In this document: one piece after another, positions 53,458 through 63,026 of the stretch
Position numbering within the stretch: position 1 is the stretch's first letter
How the letters are laid out: each line of letters opens with the position of its first letter
Program-made: the position numbers and the translations under genes
The notes under the pieces: generated by a model
The model's database searches: none
What the model was told of the DNA's origin: nothing
Seen by the model: the letters and a program-made list of their open reading frames with translations, nothing else
Source of the DNA: Candidatus Bathyarchaeota archaeon
GTDB lineage: Archaea; Thermoproteota; Bathyarchaeia; Bathyarchaeales; DTEX01
Assembly (NCBI GenBank): GCA_963714275.1
Contig: CAVQNT010000006.1
Coordinates: forward strand, 364,149-428,148
Length of the DNA stretch: 64,000 nt
Reading direction: 5' to 3'

Positions 53458-53834
53458 CGGTTCAGTTTGGGAAGCCTAGTCTAGTGTGCGATTTTCAAGA
53501 GCTGTACCGTTACCTCATGGACGATTTTCTAATCCAATACTGCCAGAATCTCAAGGTTAGAGACTTTACGGTTAAATCTGAAAGGCTTTCTAGAAACAAG
53601 ATGGCGAAGAGGGAATACTTGAATGATCCTAAAACCTCAGACTTGATGAAGAAGCTTAACCTGTATTTTGAAGGCAAGGTTGAAATTCCCAGAATAAAAT
53701 ATGGTAGAAGGCAGTCTCTTGAGACCTTGATTAACGAAGAAGCCTTACTATTCGCCAAGTTTCTAAGAGATGAAAGAGAAGCATGGAATCCTAGAATCGC
53801 AAGTCTCTTGGTGTACGTCTACCTCTACGTCTAG
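53458..53834 (+). pseudogene. cas1: C-terminal fragment of Cas1 (solo/casposase-like)
   Basis: SVQFGKPSLVCDFQELYRYL.DD resembles the Cas1 SL..D..E.YR..VD motif; ends ETLI.EEA..FAK.LR....W.PR; no array or other cas genes in the window. Confidence 0.75.
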
Positions 53835-53889
53835 GGGGGTATATATAATAAGGAGGGAAGGGGAGGGGAAGGATATAGGGAAGGATAAG

Positions 53890-53927
53890 AGTTAGTTTGG
53901 GGTTTGGGTTTGGGGATTAAATTTTAA
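53890..53927 (+). repeat. TTAAAwTTTAA + G/T-tract motif, copy 4
   Basis: AGTTAGTTTGGGGTTTGGGTTTGGGGATTAAATTTTAA downstream of the cas1 fragment. Confidence 0.55.
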
Positions 53928-53957
53928 TATCAAAACATGAATGTTTAATATTTTTTG

Positions 53958-55068
53958 TCAGCCTGACTTTTTTGGGTATTTTCCATGTTTGGTTCCGATT
54001 TTTAGCATTGCTTTGTAGTTTTCGATTTTCATGTAGTTCGTTATCGAGTTTCCTGAGCCTAAGGCGTAGCCTCCTCCGGGCATGCACTTTTCGAGAATCA
54101 CGCGCGTGTATGCTTCCAATTCAGCCACAGGGAGGCGGGAAAGCTTGTCCACGTCCACTCCCCCGAGCAGTGCGACTCTGTGCCCGTATTTTTCTTTGGC
54201 TTCCGTAACGGGCATGATGTTGTCCTGAAAAGAGTGCCAAGCATCTATCCCAACATAGTCAATCAAGTCGTCAATGACCCTTCTCAAGTTGCCGCACGAA
54301 TGAAGAATAAATGGCTTCCTATGACTATGGGCTATCTCGACACACCGTTTTTGCCAAGGGAAAACGTACTTGCGGAGGTTCTCAGGAGAAATCATGGTTC
54401 CAGACTTATACGCCATGTCGTCCCCCATCCTCATCGCACCGACCCTATTGTTTTCAGTGATGCGCTTGTCCACCTCCACGATCATAGAACCAATCCTGTC
54501 GAACATACTTTCAATCAGCTTCGGGTCTCTGAAAAGGGCTATCGAGAAAGGGCGGAGACCCATCAGCCACAAAGCATGCTCCAAGACCCCCCCAGCTACC
54601 CCCGAAACCGAGCTTCATGTTTTCAGGCAGAATCTTGCACATCCTTTCAAGCACATCGTATTCGACAAGATCTTCACTGTCTGGCCACGGATAACTTTCA
54701 AAGTCTTCCCGCTTTTCGATTGTCCCACGGTTCTCGTCAACCCACATCCTCGTTCCTCTCGAAAGGGGAGCTGGGTCCTTGCCCAGTCTGATGTTCGTCC
54801 GTGGAAGGTTAAGAGGCAACTCCAAAGGAACATAGTCGTACCCCAAACCCTTGTAGAACCTAAGAAGACAGTTCACGAAGCCCTCTTTAACCGAGTCCGC
54901 CTTGGAAGCTTCACCTGAACGTGGCACGCCAGGCTCCAGAAGGGCGGGAACGGGTTCACCGATTATGGCTTCTATCACTTCGTTGTCTACCAAATGCTCG
55001 TAGAACGGAACATGGTCAGGCTCCTCGCCCCACAAAACCTTAACAAACCTTTCAAAATCGGGCTCCAT
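53958..55068 (-). CDS. UroD/MtaA-like family protein (frameshift near 54610)
   Basis: EPD.VPF.E, GDD.AYK, LHSCG, HSFQD, GGVDVD, LGSGNS. Confidence 0.85.
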
Positions 55069-55181
55069 GTCAAATCACTATATAGAGTAAGAAAATTATT
55101 TTTAAGCCTTAGTTTCCCGTGTTCAGAAAAATAATATAAGTAAAGAGTGTCTATTAAAGAGGAAACAAGGAGTGTATAGTT

Positions 55182-56734
55182 ATGCAGTTTAATAACAGCT
55201 TAACACTCAAAAAGCGCGTACTAATTTTGTCCATGATCATAATCTTCATCACTTTCCCAGCATTAGCATCCGTCCAACAGACCAAAGCGATAGATGAAAA
55301 CTACACATACTACGGTGTCGTGCCCTCTAAAATCTATAGATACACACTCGCTGATGGAAACAACCGCAACTCAGGTTGGTCACTCGGAACTGACGACACC
55401 ACTCTCCTATCAGGAGCCATCAGCCTCAACGGGCACCTCGTCGCCATAGAGTCTTTGCTAGCGATTGTAGCTTATGAGGACGACACAAATGTAGAAGTTC
55501 GCGATTTGACACTTGGGATGTTGCTGGCTGAAGGCAACTTAGCAAGCATGGAAAAGAAGCTCGTGTTGCTGCCCAATGGCACTCACTTTAAGGTAGTTTC
55601 AGACAAGATGGTCTCTATCCTTCTTCTCAACTACCAACAAGAGCCATCTGCGACTGTCAGTGAAGGACCGCTTCCACACACCTTCTACACGTCAGTTGAC
55701 GGCTTATACGTCGGAAAAAGGTTTGTTTTCATGGCATCTGAACAGACAAACGTAATACCGACTCAGTCTACATAATACTCGCCTTGGAAAAGTCCACAAT
55801 AACCGTGACCGATGAGGATGGAGGACAGGACAGTTACAGTCTAGAAGTGAACTCGTATCAAGACATGGCATTAACGCCCTTCAAGGTCTACGAGATCGAG
55901 TCGACGGGCAACATCATGGTCCAATCAATGTTCCTAAGACACGACATATCAGATCCCGCTTCAAGTATCGTCCCATGCTATCCCGTTCCATCCGCTCAAG
56001 GAGGCTTCGTGGGAACCTTCTTCATCGCAAGATGTATCACAGGCTGGGACGCCAGCAAAGACTACGGATACCGAATAGCAACCTCAGAAGACGCCCACGT
56101 GCTGGTGTACGACCTTGAAACACAACAAGTCAAAAACGACCTCACTGTGACAGGAGGAAGCGGAATATCCATCAAACCCTCAGCGAACGCGATAATCGTA
56201 CAAAGCGACAAGCCGATCACGTTGACGCTGATCCACAACGCCAGCATCGAACAGAGACGTACCGAACAGGTGGGAGGTTTGAATGGAGAATTCCAGGGAT
56301 ACGGTCACGGAGTTATGTTCATGGGCATCCAACCAAACCAGGATACAATGATTCACCTACCAGTTGACGCGAACGTCGAAGCGTACTTCTTCGCCAGCGA
56401 GGAAACCCAGCTAACGATTGATGACAACACCCAAACGATTCAAGCAAACACGGGCTTTCTGTACACTGTTCTGGGAACCCACACAGTACGATCCGACCAC
56501 AACGTTGTTCTACAGATCAACTTCTGGCCGCTTGAACCAGAAAACCAAGGACTCTGGTACACTGGAGCAGTAATACCATGCATCGAAACAGTAAATAATA
56601 ACCCAACTGTCACAATAACCTCGATTGGAGGAGGCTTCCCAATCATGTATGTGATAGTTGGTGCAGGTGCTGCTGCGGTCGCTGTTATCGTCGTTTTTTT
56701 GGTAATGAAAAAACGCAGTAGTAACCCTAGCTAG
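55182..56734 (+). CDS. cell-surface beta-rich protein (IgGFc-binding-like repeats) with C-terminal TM anchor (frameshift near 55770)
   Basis: signal peptide, repeated A.ED.T.V / SDKPI motifs, C-terminal TM followed by KKR. Confidence 0.7.
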
Positions 56735-56886
56735 AGTACTACAGATTTGCATAGTTAGGTCCTGTTAGTAGGCACGAAGTTACCTTTTTTATAAGCAAAG
56801 GAAATTAGTCATGAATTTAAATTTGAGAATTACGTGTTTAAAAACATCTTACAGTATATATGAAGAGAATGCTGGAGAAACCTTGA

Positions 56887-57646
56887 TTGTCAAAAGTTGA
56901 GGTATTCCCGGTTACCAACCTTCCGATCATCAAAACAGGAGACGACCTCGGAGAACTGATTTGCAGAGCTGCGAAGAAACAGGACACACCCATTCAGGGA
57001 GGAGACATAATCGTAGTCACGCACATCGTGGTTTCGCGGGCTGAAGGGAACATAATAAACCTTGACGACATAGTTCCTTCACCAACCGCCAAAGCCATAG
57101 CCAAAGACATGGACAAAGACCCAGCCTTAATCGAAGTTATCCTCAGAGAAACAAAATCAATCATCCGAATTGGAGACGGACACCTAATCACCGAAACTAA
57201 GCATGGCCTAATTTGCGCTAACGCAGGAGTCGACAGGTCAAACATTCCAGGAGAAAGAAACGTTGCTCCACTACCAAAAGACCCAGACCTCTCGGCACGT
57301 CGAATCAGACAAAGAATAATGGACTTCGCGGGAAAAGAAGTACGCTGTTTTAATTTCAGACACTCATGGACGTGCATTGCGAAGTGGCCAAATCAACGTT
57401 GCGGTGGGAATCGCTGGAATGAAACCGATGCGGGACCGAAGAGGCGAAAACGACCTTTTTGGCTACACCCTCCGAGTTAAACAGACCGCCATAGCAGACG
57501 AGTTATGTTCAGCTGCTGAGCTGGTAATCGGACAGGCAAACGAGGGAATACCCGTTGCCATCATAAGGGGATACCCATATCAAAAATCCGAAGAAGCATC
57601 CCTGAACGAATTGTTGTGGCCTAGGGAAAAAGCTCTTTTCTATTGA
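56887..57646 (+). CDS. cofE: coenzyme F420:L-glutamate ligase (frameshift near 57342)
   Basis: P.I..GDDL, VSRAEG, ANAGVD.SN, DLFGY.L, ADEL..AA.LV.GQ..EG.P...IRG. Confidence 0.92.
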
Positions 57647-57671
57647 GCATACAGCCACGATCCAATCGATA

Positions 57672-58298
57672 TTATGTAACTGTTCCTTTCTTCATCATCT
57701 CTTCGGCTCTAACCAAATCCAATGGCGTGTTAACGTTGAAAAATGTCATCAATTGAGGGTCCAGCTGCTGGATGACCAACGTCGAAAGGTACCTCATTCT
57801 CCTCAGGAGACGAATCATGTTTAAAGGCCTTTTTTCCTCATGCTTTAAGGCTTGCCTCGTAGCATCAAGAGCGGAACTCGTCCTGTAAACTGCCTGCAAA
57901 GGTTCAATGTAATCATTTGGCCACCTCGGAACAGCAGCGTCAACGCCTACACATGTCTCGAACAGCAGTTCAATAACCTTTCCTGAGATAAAGGGCGTAT
58001 CACATGGCAACAAAAGCGAATATTCAGCACATGTATTGGTTAAACCAGTTAGGGCACCGATAAGGGGGTTTTGAATGTTCTCGTTGTCAACAAATATCTT
58101 GTTTTTGTTCGGAACAACCAAGGAATAAGCTTCCCTTTGACTTTCTGAGCTTACGACAACCAGAACCTCATCCACAACTTCACTTGCCCTTTCAAGCACA
58201 TGTGTCACGAGAGGTTTACCCGCAAGTTTCACAAGACCCTTGTCCTGCCCGAGCCTTTTCGAAAAACCGCCAGCAAGGACAACAGCTGCTCTTTCCAT
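57672..58298 (-). CDS. mobA: molybdenum cofactor guanylyltransferase
   Basis: LAGG.S.R.G.DK, CD.PF, EPL.AVY, FFNVNTP.DL. Confidence 0.9.
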   Translation of the reverse strand: MERAAVVLAGGFSKRLGQDKGLVKLAGKPLVTHVLERASEVVDEVLVVVSSESQREAYSLVVPNKNKIFVDNENIQNPLIGALTGLTNTCAEYSLLLPCDTPFISGKVIELLFETCVGVDAAVPRWPNDYIEPLQAVYRTSSALDATRQALKHEEKRPLNMIRLLRRMRYLSTLVIQQLDPQLMTFFNVNTPLDLVRAEEMMKKGTVT

Positions 58299-58311
58299 TC
58301 TGCTTTTTCAC

Positions 58312-59189
58312 CTAACTTTTTATTTTGTTAAGGATGTGGCGCACAATCTCGTCCGCAATGTTAACCTCGGTCACGGACTGCAGCCCTTTCCAGCCTGGTT
58401 GACTGTTGAGCTCAATTAACAAGGGACCCTTCTCCATTTCCAAAATATCTACGCCAGCAACCTCGCAGTCGACCGTTTCTGCAGCCTTAATAGCCAACTT
58501 CTCAACCTCTTTTGAAGGATTATAAGGTTCAGGTTTTGCACCTCGACTTACATTGGTCTTCCAGTTTTCAGCAATCCTCCGCATCGAAGCCAACACTTTT
58601 CCGCCAAGAACAAAAATTCGGAAATCACAGTTTCCGTGAGGAACAAACTCCTGAATGTACACAACTTGGTGATGGAACTCTAACGCGCGAAAAACCCTTT
58701 CAGCCACATCAGCATCCGAAATTCGGGTGGAGCCGATGCCGCGTGAACCAAAAATGGGCTTGACAACAACGTCTCCACCGAGTTCACAAAAACCACGTAA
58801 AGCAGCATCAGCATTTTCAGCGACAACAGTTCGGGGAACAGGAAGCCCAGCCTCCTCCAACAAGGCTAAGGCATAGTATTTGTCAATGGACCTTTCGATT
58901 GCAGGAGGCGAATTCAGAACATACATACCAAGCCTAACAAGCCTGTGCAGAAGGTCCATACGAAAGATAATTTCCTCAAGTGAACCTCGCCCAACAGGGC
59001 GGACAATGACGGCTTTAAGTTCACCGAGGACGTCGTGTGCATTAACCGTTAATTGAGGCTTGAATCCGACACGTGCAACTAACCTTCGGAAATCGAAACA
59101 CACGGGAAAGGCACCGTGCTTGAGGATTGAGGTTTTAAGTCGACTGAACACCAAGATTCCTCGTTCCGTGTCAGGATTCCGATCTTCAA
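58312..59189 (-). CDS. RimK-family ATP-grasp alpha-L-glutamate ligase (MptN/CofF-like; frameshift near 59140)
   Basis: GSLEEI.FR.D.L, KP.FGS.G.G, W.TN..RG, E.NSQPGW.GLQ. Confidence 0.88.
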
Positions 59190-59262
59190 ATATCCAGCCT
59201 CCCTTATTATGTTCAGCCTTAGATACTATTGGAATTGTCTCCTGAAGTTGGCTTGTTACAGG

Positions 59263-59634
59263 TTATTCTTTTTGTTGTTTCAGCCAATTTGCTACCTTCC
59301 GAATTAAGGAATTGGACGAAAGGTCGATGATTGGGATCATGATTTTCTCTTTGGTCTCAATCATTGGCTGATACTTAGGCATCAAGGCGTAGCCGACGAG
59401 CGTCCAGTAGACTCTTCCACTCTCCATCAAGGCTTTAGCAGCAGTCTCCGTTGACGCTGGAAGAACGAAATTTAAAAACACTACACCTTCAGCCCAGTTT
59501 AATCCTGCTACTTTTCCTCCTGAAACTATCGAGGCAAACCTTGCCAAGTCATCTGATGAATCAAAATGGTTTCTATCCAAAATCACAATTTCCTTTATTG
59601 GCTCATATTTTATGTCAACTTCTCTGTCATCCAT
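59263..59634 (-). CDS. conserved archaeal hypothetical protein
   Basis: clean 123-aa ORF with upstream GGTGG; L.WAEGVVF. Confidence 0.7.
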   Translation of the reverse strand: MDDREVDIKYEPIKEIVILDRNHFDSSDDLARFASIVSGGKVAGLNWAEGVVFLNFVLPASTETAAKALMESGRVYWTLVGYALMPKYQPMIETKEKIMIPIIDLSSNSLIRKVANWLKQQKE

Positions 59635-59745
59635 GGAAAACCCACCACCACACGAACAAAACCAAAACCTACATTGACCTTCACATTTTATTCAGCAGTC
59701 GATCGTATTTAAGGGTATTACCTGAAACTCAAATCTTATTAAGAA

Positions 59746-60096
59746 GTGGAACCATTTTTCTCAGAACAACCCAAAAATCAGTGGTTGAAGGTGTCAGAGA
59801 AACCAATGACCAAACTGGAAAGCAAGGTGCTGGCTGAAATCGAAAAGATTGTTGACTTAGAAACTGAGCTCACGATCGGAGAAATGAAGATGATACGGTT
59901 GGTGAAAGAAACCGAGCCCGGCGTAATCAGGGTGGACTTTACACCCACAAGCCCGGTTTGCCCGATGGCTGTTAAACTGGCTATCGAAATAAGGGACAAG
60001 GCTGAAAACATCGAAGGCGTAGAAAGAGCAGTCGTCTACGTTCGTGGACACATCATGGAACAAGAAATTAACAAAAGAGTCAACAACCCAGCTTAA
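59746..60096 (+). CDS. DUF59 / Fe-S cluster assembly protein
   Basis: D.E....I..M..I, PTSP.CP.A; true start may be downstream. Confidence 0.85.
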   Translation: MEPFFSEQPKNQWLKVSEKPMTKLESKVLAEIEKIVDLETELTIGEMKMIRLVKETEPGVIRVDFTPTSPVCPMAVKLAIEIRDKAENIEGVERAVVYVRGHIMEQEINKRVNNPA

Positions 60097-60134
60097 AGTC
60101 GCAACCAAAAATACTTTTTGATCGTTTGCCTTAA

Positions 60135-61505
60135 CTACTCAACTGTTTCAGCTTCCAAATACGTCGATAATGCCCTCGTTATTCTAATATTCATGAACCT
60201 TCCGAGAAGACCGTTATTGTCTTTAATGACGATGGGTTTGTAGGCAAAGTTCCTTCCAATCCACGATTGACCCTTACCCTTTTCGTCGACAAGTATCTCG
60301 CCCGTCCACCCGACCCATTTTCCGTTTTTTTCCAAAGCCAATTTTTTAACTAGGCTTGTTAATACTCGGCTTCTGCTCTTTACCTCTTCAACATCGACCT
60401 GTTCCATTCTTTCAGCAGGCGTGCTAGGGCGAGGAAAGAACCTTGAAATGTTAACAATGTCAGGTTTCACCTCCTCAACAAGATCAAGAGTTCCCTTGAA
60501 AGCTTCTTGGGTCTCGCCTGGAAACCCGCAAATAACGTCGGTTGAAAGAGTTAAATCTAGACACTCCTTCCTGAATTTGTTTATTATGGTCTTATAGTCA
60601 CTAACAGAGTATCTACGGTTCATCCGTTTCAGGGTGTCATCGTCTCCGCTTTGAACTGGAAGGTGCAGGAACTTGAAAACCTTGTCATCCTTGTAGTCAT
60701 CTATCAGTTCATCCAGAATGGGCAGAACATGATCAGGATTCATCATCCCAACCCTAATCCAAAATTTGCCCTCAACCTTACAGCATTCCCTGATAAGATC
60801 AGCAAGGTTTGTCCCAATCTCCATTCCGTAAGCCCCTGTATCCTGCGAGGTCAGCCAAATCTCCTTTGCGCCGTTTTGGACTGCTTGATCCAAACTTTTT
60901 ACAACTGATTCCTTAGGAAACGAAGAAAGAGTTCCTCGAGCGAACCTGACGCAGCAAAAAGCGCATACTCCAGCGCAACCCTCTGAAATGGCGATTATAT
61001 CGATGGGTAGTTTGAGATTGATTTTTGGCTGCTCAAGCTTAACAACGGGCTTCTCTGAAAAGAAAATCTGCCCAGCTTCACTGTTCTCCGTACACTTTAT
61101 GGCTTCAAGTATCTTGTCAACACTTCGCGGGTCAAGAGCTGCCGAGAAATTTGGAGCAGCCTTCAAGATTGCCTTAAAGTTTATTTTTGGAAGACAACCC
61201 GTGATTATAAGCGGCTTTCGGGTTTGGCTCAGTTTACGTAACCTTCCGATTATTCGGTCCTCGGTCGGCTTCTTCACTCCACATGTGTTCACCAAAATAA
61301 TGTCAGCTGAGCCGATATCGTTTGTAGGATGGTAATTTAAGCTAGCCAAGTGACCTAATAGGACTTCGAAGTCGAATGTGTTAGCAGCACAACCATAGTT
61401 TTCCGCATAAACCATTTTATTGCTGCATTGAAAAGCGGTTTGTTTTGTTTTTGGGGATTCATGAACCTCTGGAACGAGTCTAGACGCCAAAGCAATCAAG
61501 GACAT
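60135..61505 (-). CDS. mtaB: tRNA t6A37 methylthiotransferase (MiaB-like radical SAM, TRAM)
   Basis: YGC..N, NTC.VK, GCL, CAGVCAFC, GMMNP, HLPVQSG, C-terminal TRAM. Confidence 0.9.
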   Translation of the reverse strand: MSLIALASRLVPEVHESPKTKQTAFQCSNKMVYAENYGCAANTFDFEVLLGHLASLNYHPTNDIGSADIILVNTCGVKKPTEDRIIGRLRKLSQTRKPLIITGCLPKINFKAILKAAPNFSAALDPRSVDKILEAIKCTENSEAGQIFFSEKPVVKLEQPKINLKLPIDIIAISEGCAGVCAFCCVRFARGTLSSFPKESVVKSLDQAVQNGAKEIWLTSQDTGAYGMEIGTNLADLIRECCKVEGKFWIRVGMMNPDHVLPILDELIDDYKDDKVFKFLHLPVQSGDDDTLKRMNRRYSVSDYKTIINKFRKECLDLTLSTDVICGFPGETQEAFKGTLDLVEEVKPDIVNISRFFPRPSTPAERMEQVDVEEVKSRSRVLTSLVKKLALEKNGKWVGWTGEILVDEKGKGQSWIGRNFAYKPIVIKDNNGLLGRFMNIRITRALSTYLEAETVE

Positions 61506-61671
61506 CCTCGCGGAAAATGAATATAAGTGTAACTATCCTTAGCAGTGAGAGAGCGACAATGACCCTTAGCATTATTACCGTTAAAAATATATAATTAGAA
61601 CTCGAATATTGACATAAACTCGCCACAGGCATTACGAGAGATAGAGAAAGTTTTATAAGATGATGTAACGT

Positions 61672-61704
61672 TCATGTATGAATCATGTTTGAATCATGTT
61701 ATAC
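61672..61704 (+). promoter_or_regulatory. three tandem 11-bp TCATGTwTGAA repeats downstream of a TATA box
   Basis: TCATGTATGAA TCATGTTTGAA TCATGTTATAC after TTTTATAA (~61651). Confidence 0.55.
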
Positions 61705-61749
61705 ACGTATTTATGACAAAATATGTCTCCTATAGTTTCGGTGAAAAAA

Positions 61750-61914
61750 TTGAAACTTATTACGCTGTATCTTCCCGAACCATACTTGGAAGCGTTGGAC
61801 GAGCTGGTGTCTAAGCGGTATTATCCGCACAGAGCTGAAGCCATTCGGGTGGCAATACGAGACCTAATCTCTACGGAGTTGTGGGGAAGAGAAAAAGATG
61901 CCAAAGATAGCTGA
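61750..61914 (+). CDS. cdrS: ribbon-helix-helix regulator, CdrS-like
   Basis: ITL.LPE..LE.LD.LV....YP.R.EAIR.AIRDL, directly upstream of ftsZ. Confidence 0.8.
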   Translation: MKLITLYLPEPYLEALDELVSKRYYPHRAEAIRVAIRDLISTELWGREKDAKDS

Positions 61915-63001
61915 TAAAGCCCTGCAGTACACGTGGGACGAAACCATTCCTGAGGGAGTCCGAGACCCAGGATACTGCCGCATAATGGTCATGGGAGTCG
62001 GAGGGGCAGGAAACAACACCATCAATCGGCTGATGGAAGCAGGTAATGTAGCCGCCGAATGCGTTGCCCTAAACACGGATATGCAGCACCTGAAAGTTAC
62101 TCACGCGAAAATTAAGCTTCTGATAGGCGAGAAACTTACCCGCGGTTTAGGTTCAGGCGGCGACCCGGAGGTTGGCAAAGCAGCCATCGAGGAATCTACT
62201 GAACAGGTGTCAAAAATCCTTGAAGGCGTCGACATAAGCTTTTGTTACAGCAGGCATGGGAGGCGGAACAGGCACAGGCGCAGCTCCTGTCGTGGCGAAA
62301 CTAGCTCGAGAAAAAGGAGCCATCGTTGTAGGCGTGGTAACGATGCCTTTCAAGATTGAAAAAGGACGGATCGCCTATGCTATCAAGGGCTTAACTGAAA
62401 TTCGGAGAGAATGTGACACCGTTATCGTCATAGACAACAACAAGTTGATGAGGCTGGTTCCCCAGCTACCCATAAACGAAGCGTTCAAGGTCGGAGACAG
62501 CGTCCTAGACTAACATGATAAGCGGAATAACTGAAACAATTTCCCTGCCTGAGCTTGATTAACCTTGACTTTGCAGACTTCAGGACAATCATAAAGAAAG
62601 GTGGCGTTGCTGTGGCAGGCGTCGGACAGTCTGACGCTCCGAACCGTGCTGAAGAGGCGGTGCAGAAAGCCTTGAGGATGCCATTGTTGGACGTTGATTA
62701 CGCAGGGGCAAAGGGCGCATTGATCCATGTTGCTGGCGACGACCAGATGACGATTGACGAAGCCAACAGGGTAGGCGAGATTGTGACGCAGATGATGAGC
62801 GACGACGCTCTGGTAATCTGGGGAGCAAGAATCGACCCAGCTCTGGGAGGAACACTGAAAGTAACACTCGTGATGACTGGAGTTCACTCGCAGTACCTCT
62901 TAAACGGATACGGGTCAGGGATGCCCGAAATATTCAAGTTGGACCAAAACGGAGAAACCGCGAAACCCCACAACGTTAACCTAGGTTTATATCAAATCTA
63001 G
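61898..63001 (+). CDS. ftsZ: cell division protein FtsZ (frameshifts near 62238 and 62509)
   Basis: [29 protein letters not shown]. Confidence 0.95.
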
Positions 63002-63026
63002 AGTTAACATTTTTCATTTTTTTCTT

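Noticed and set aside
6220-62515. Mass pseudogenisation or programmed frameshifting
   Set aside because: Breaks hit essential genes, are single-base, and sit at AGCT rather than slippery sequences; best explained as base-calling errors.
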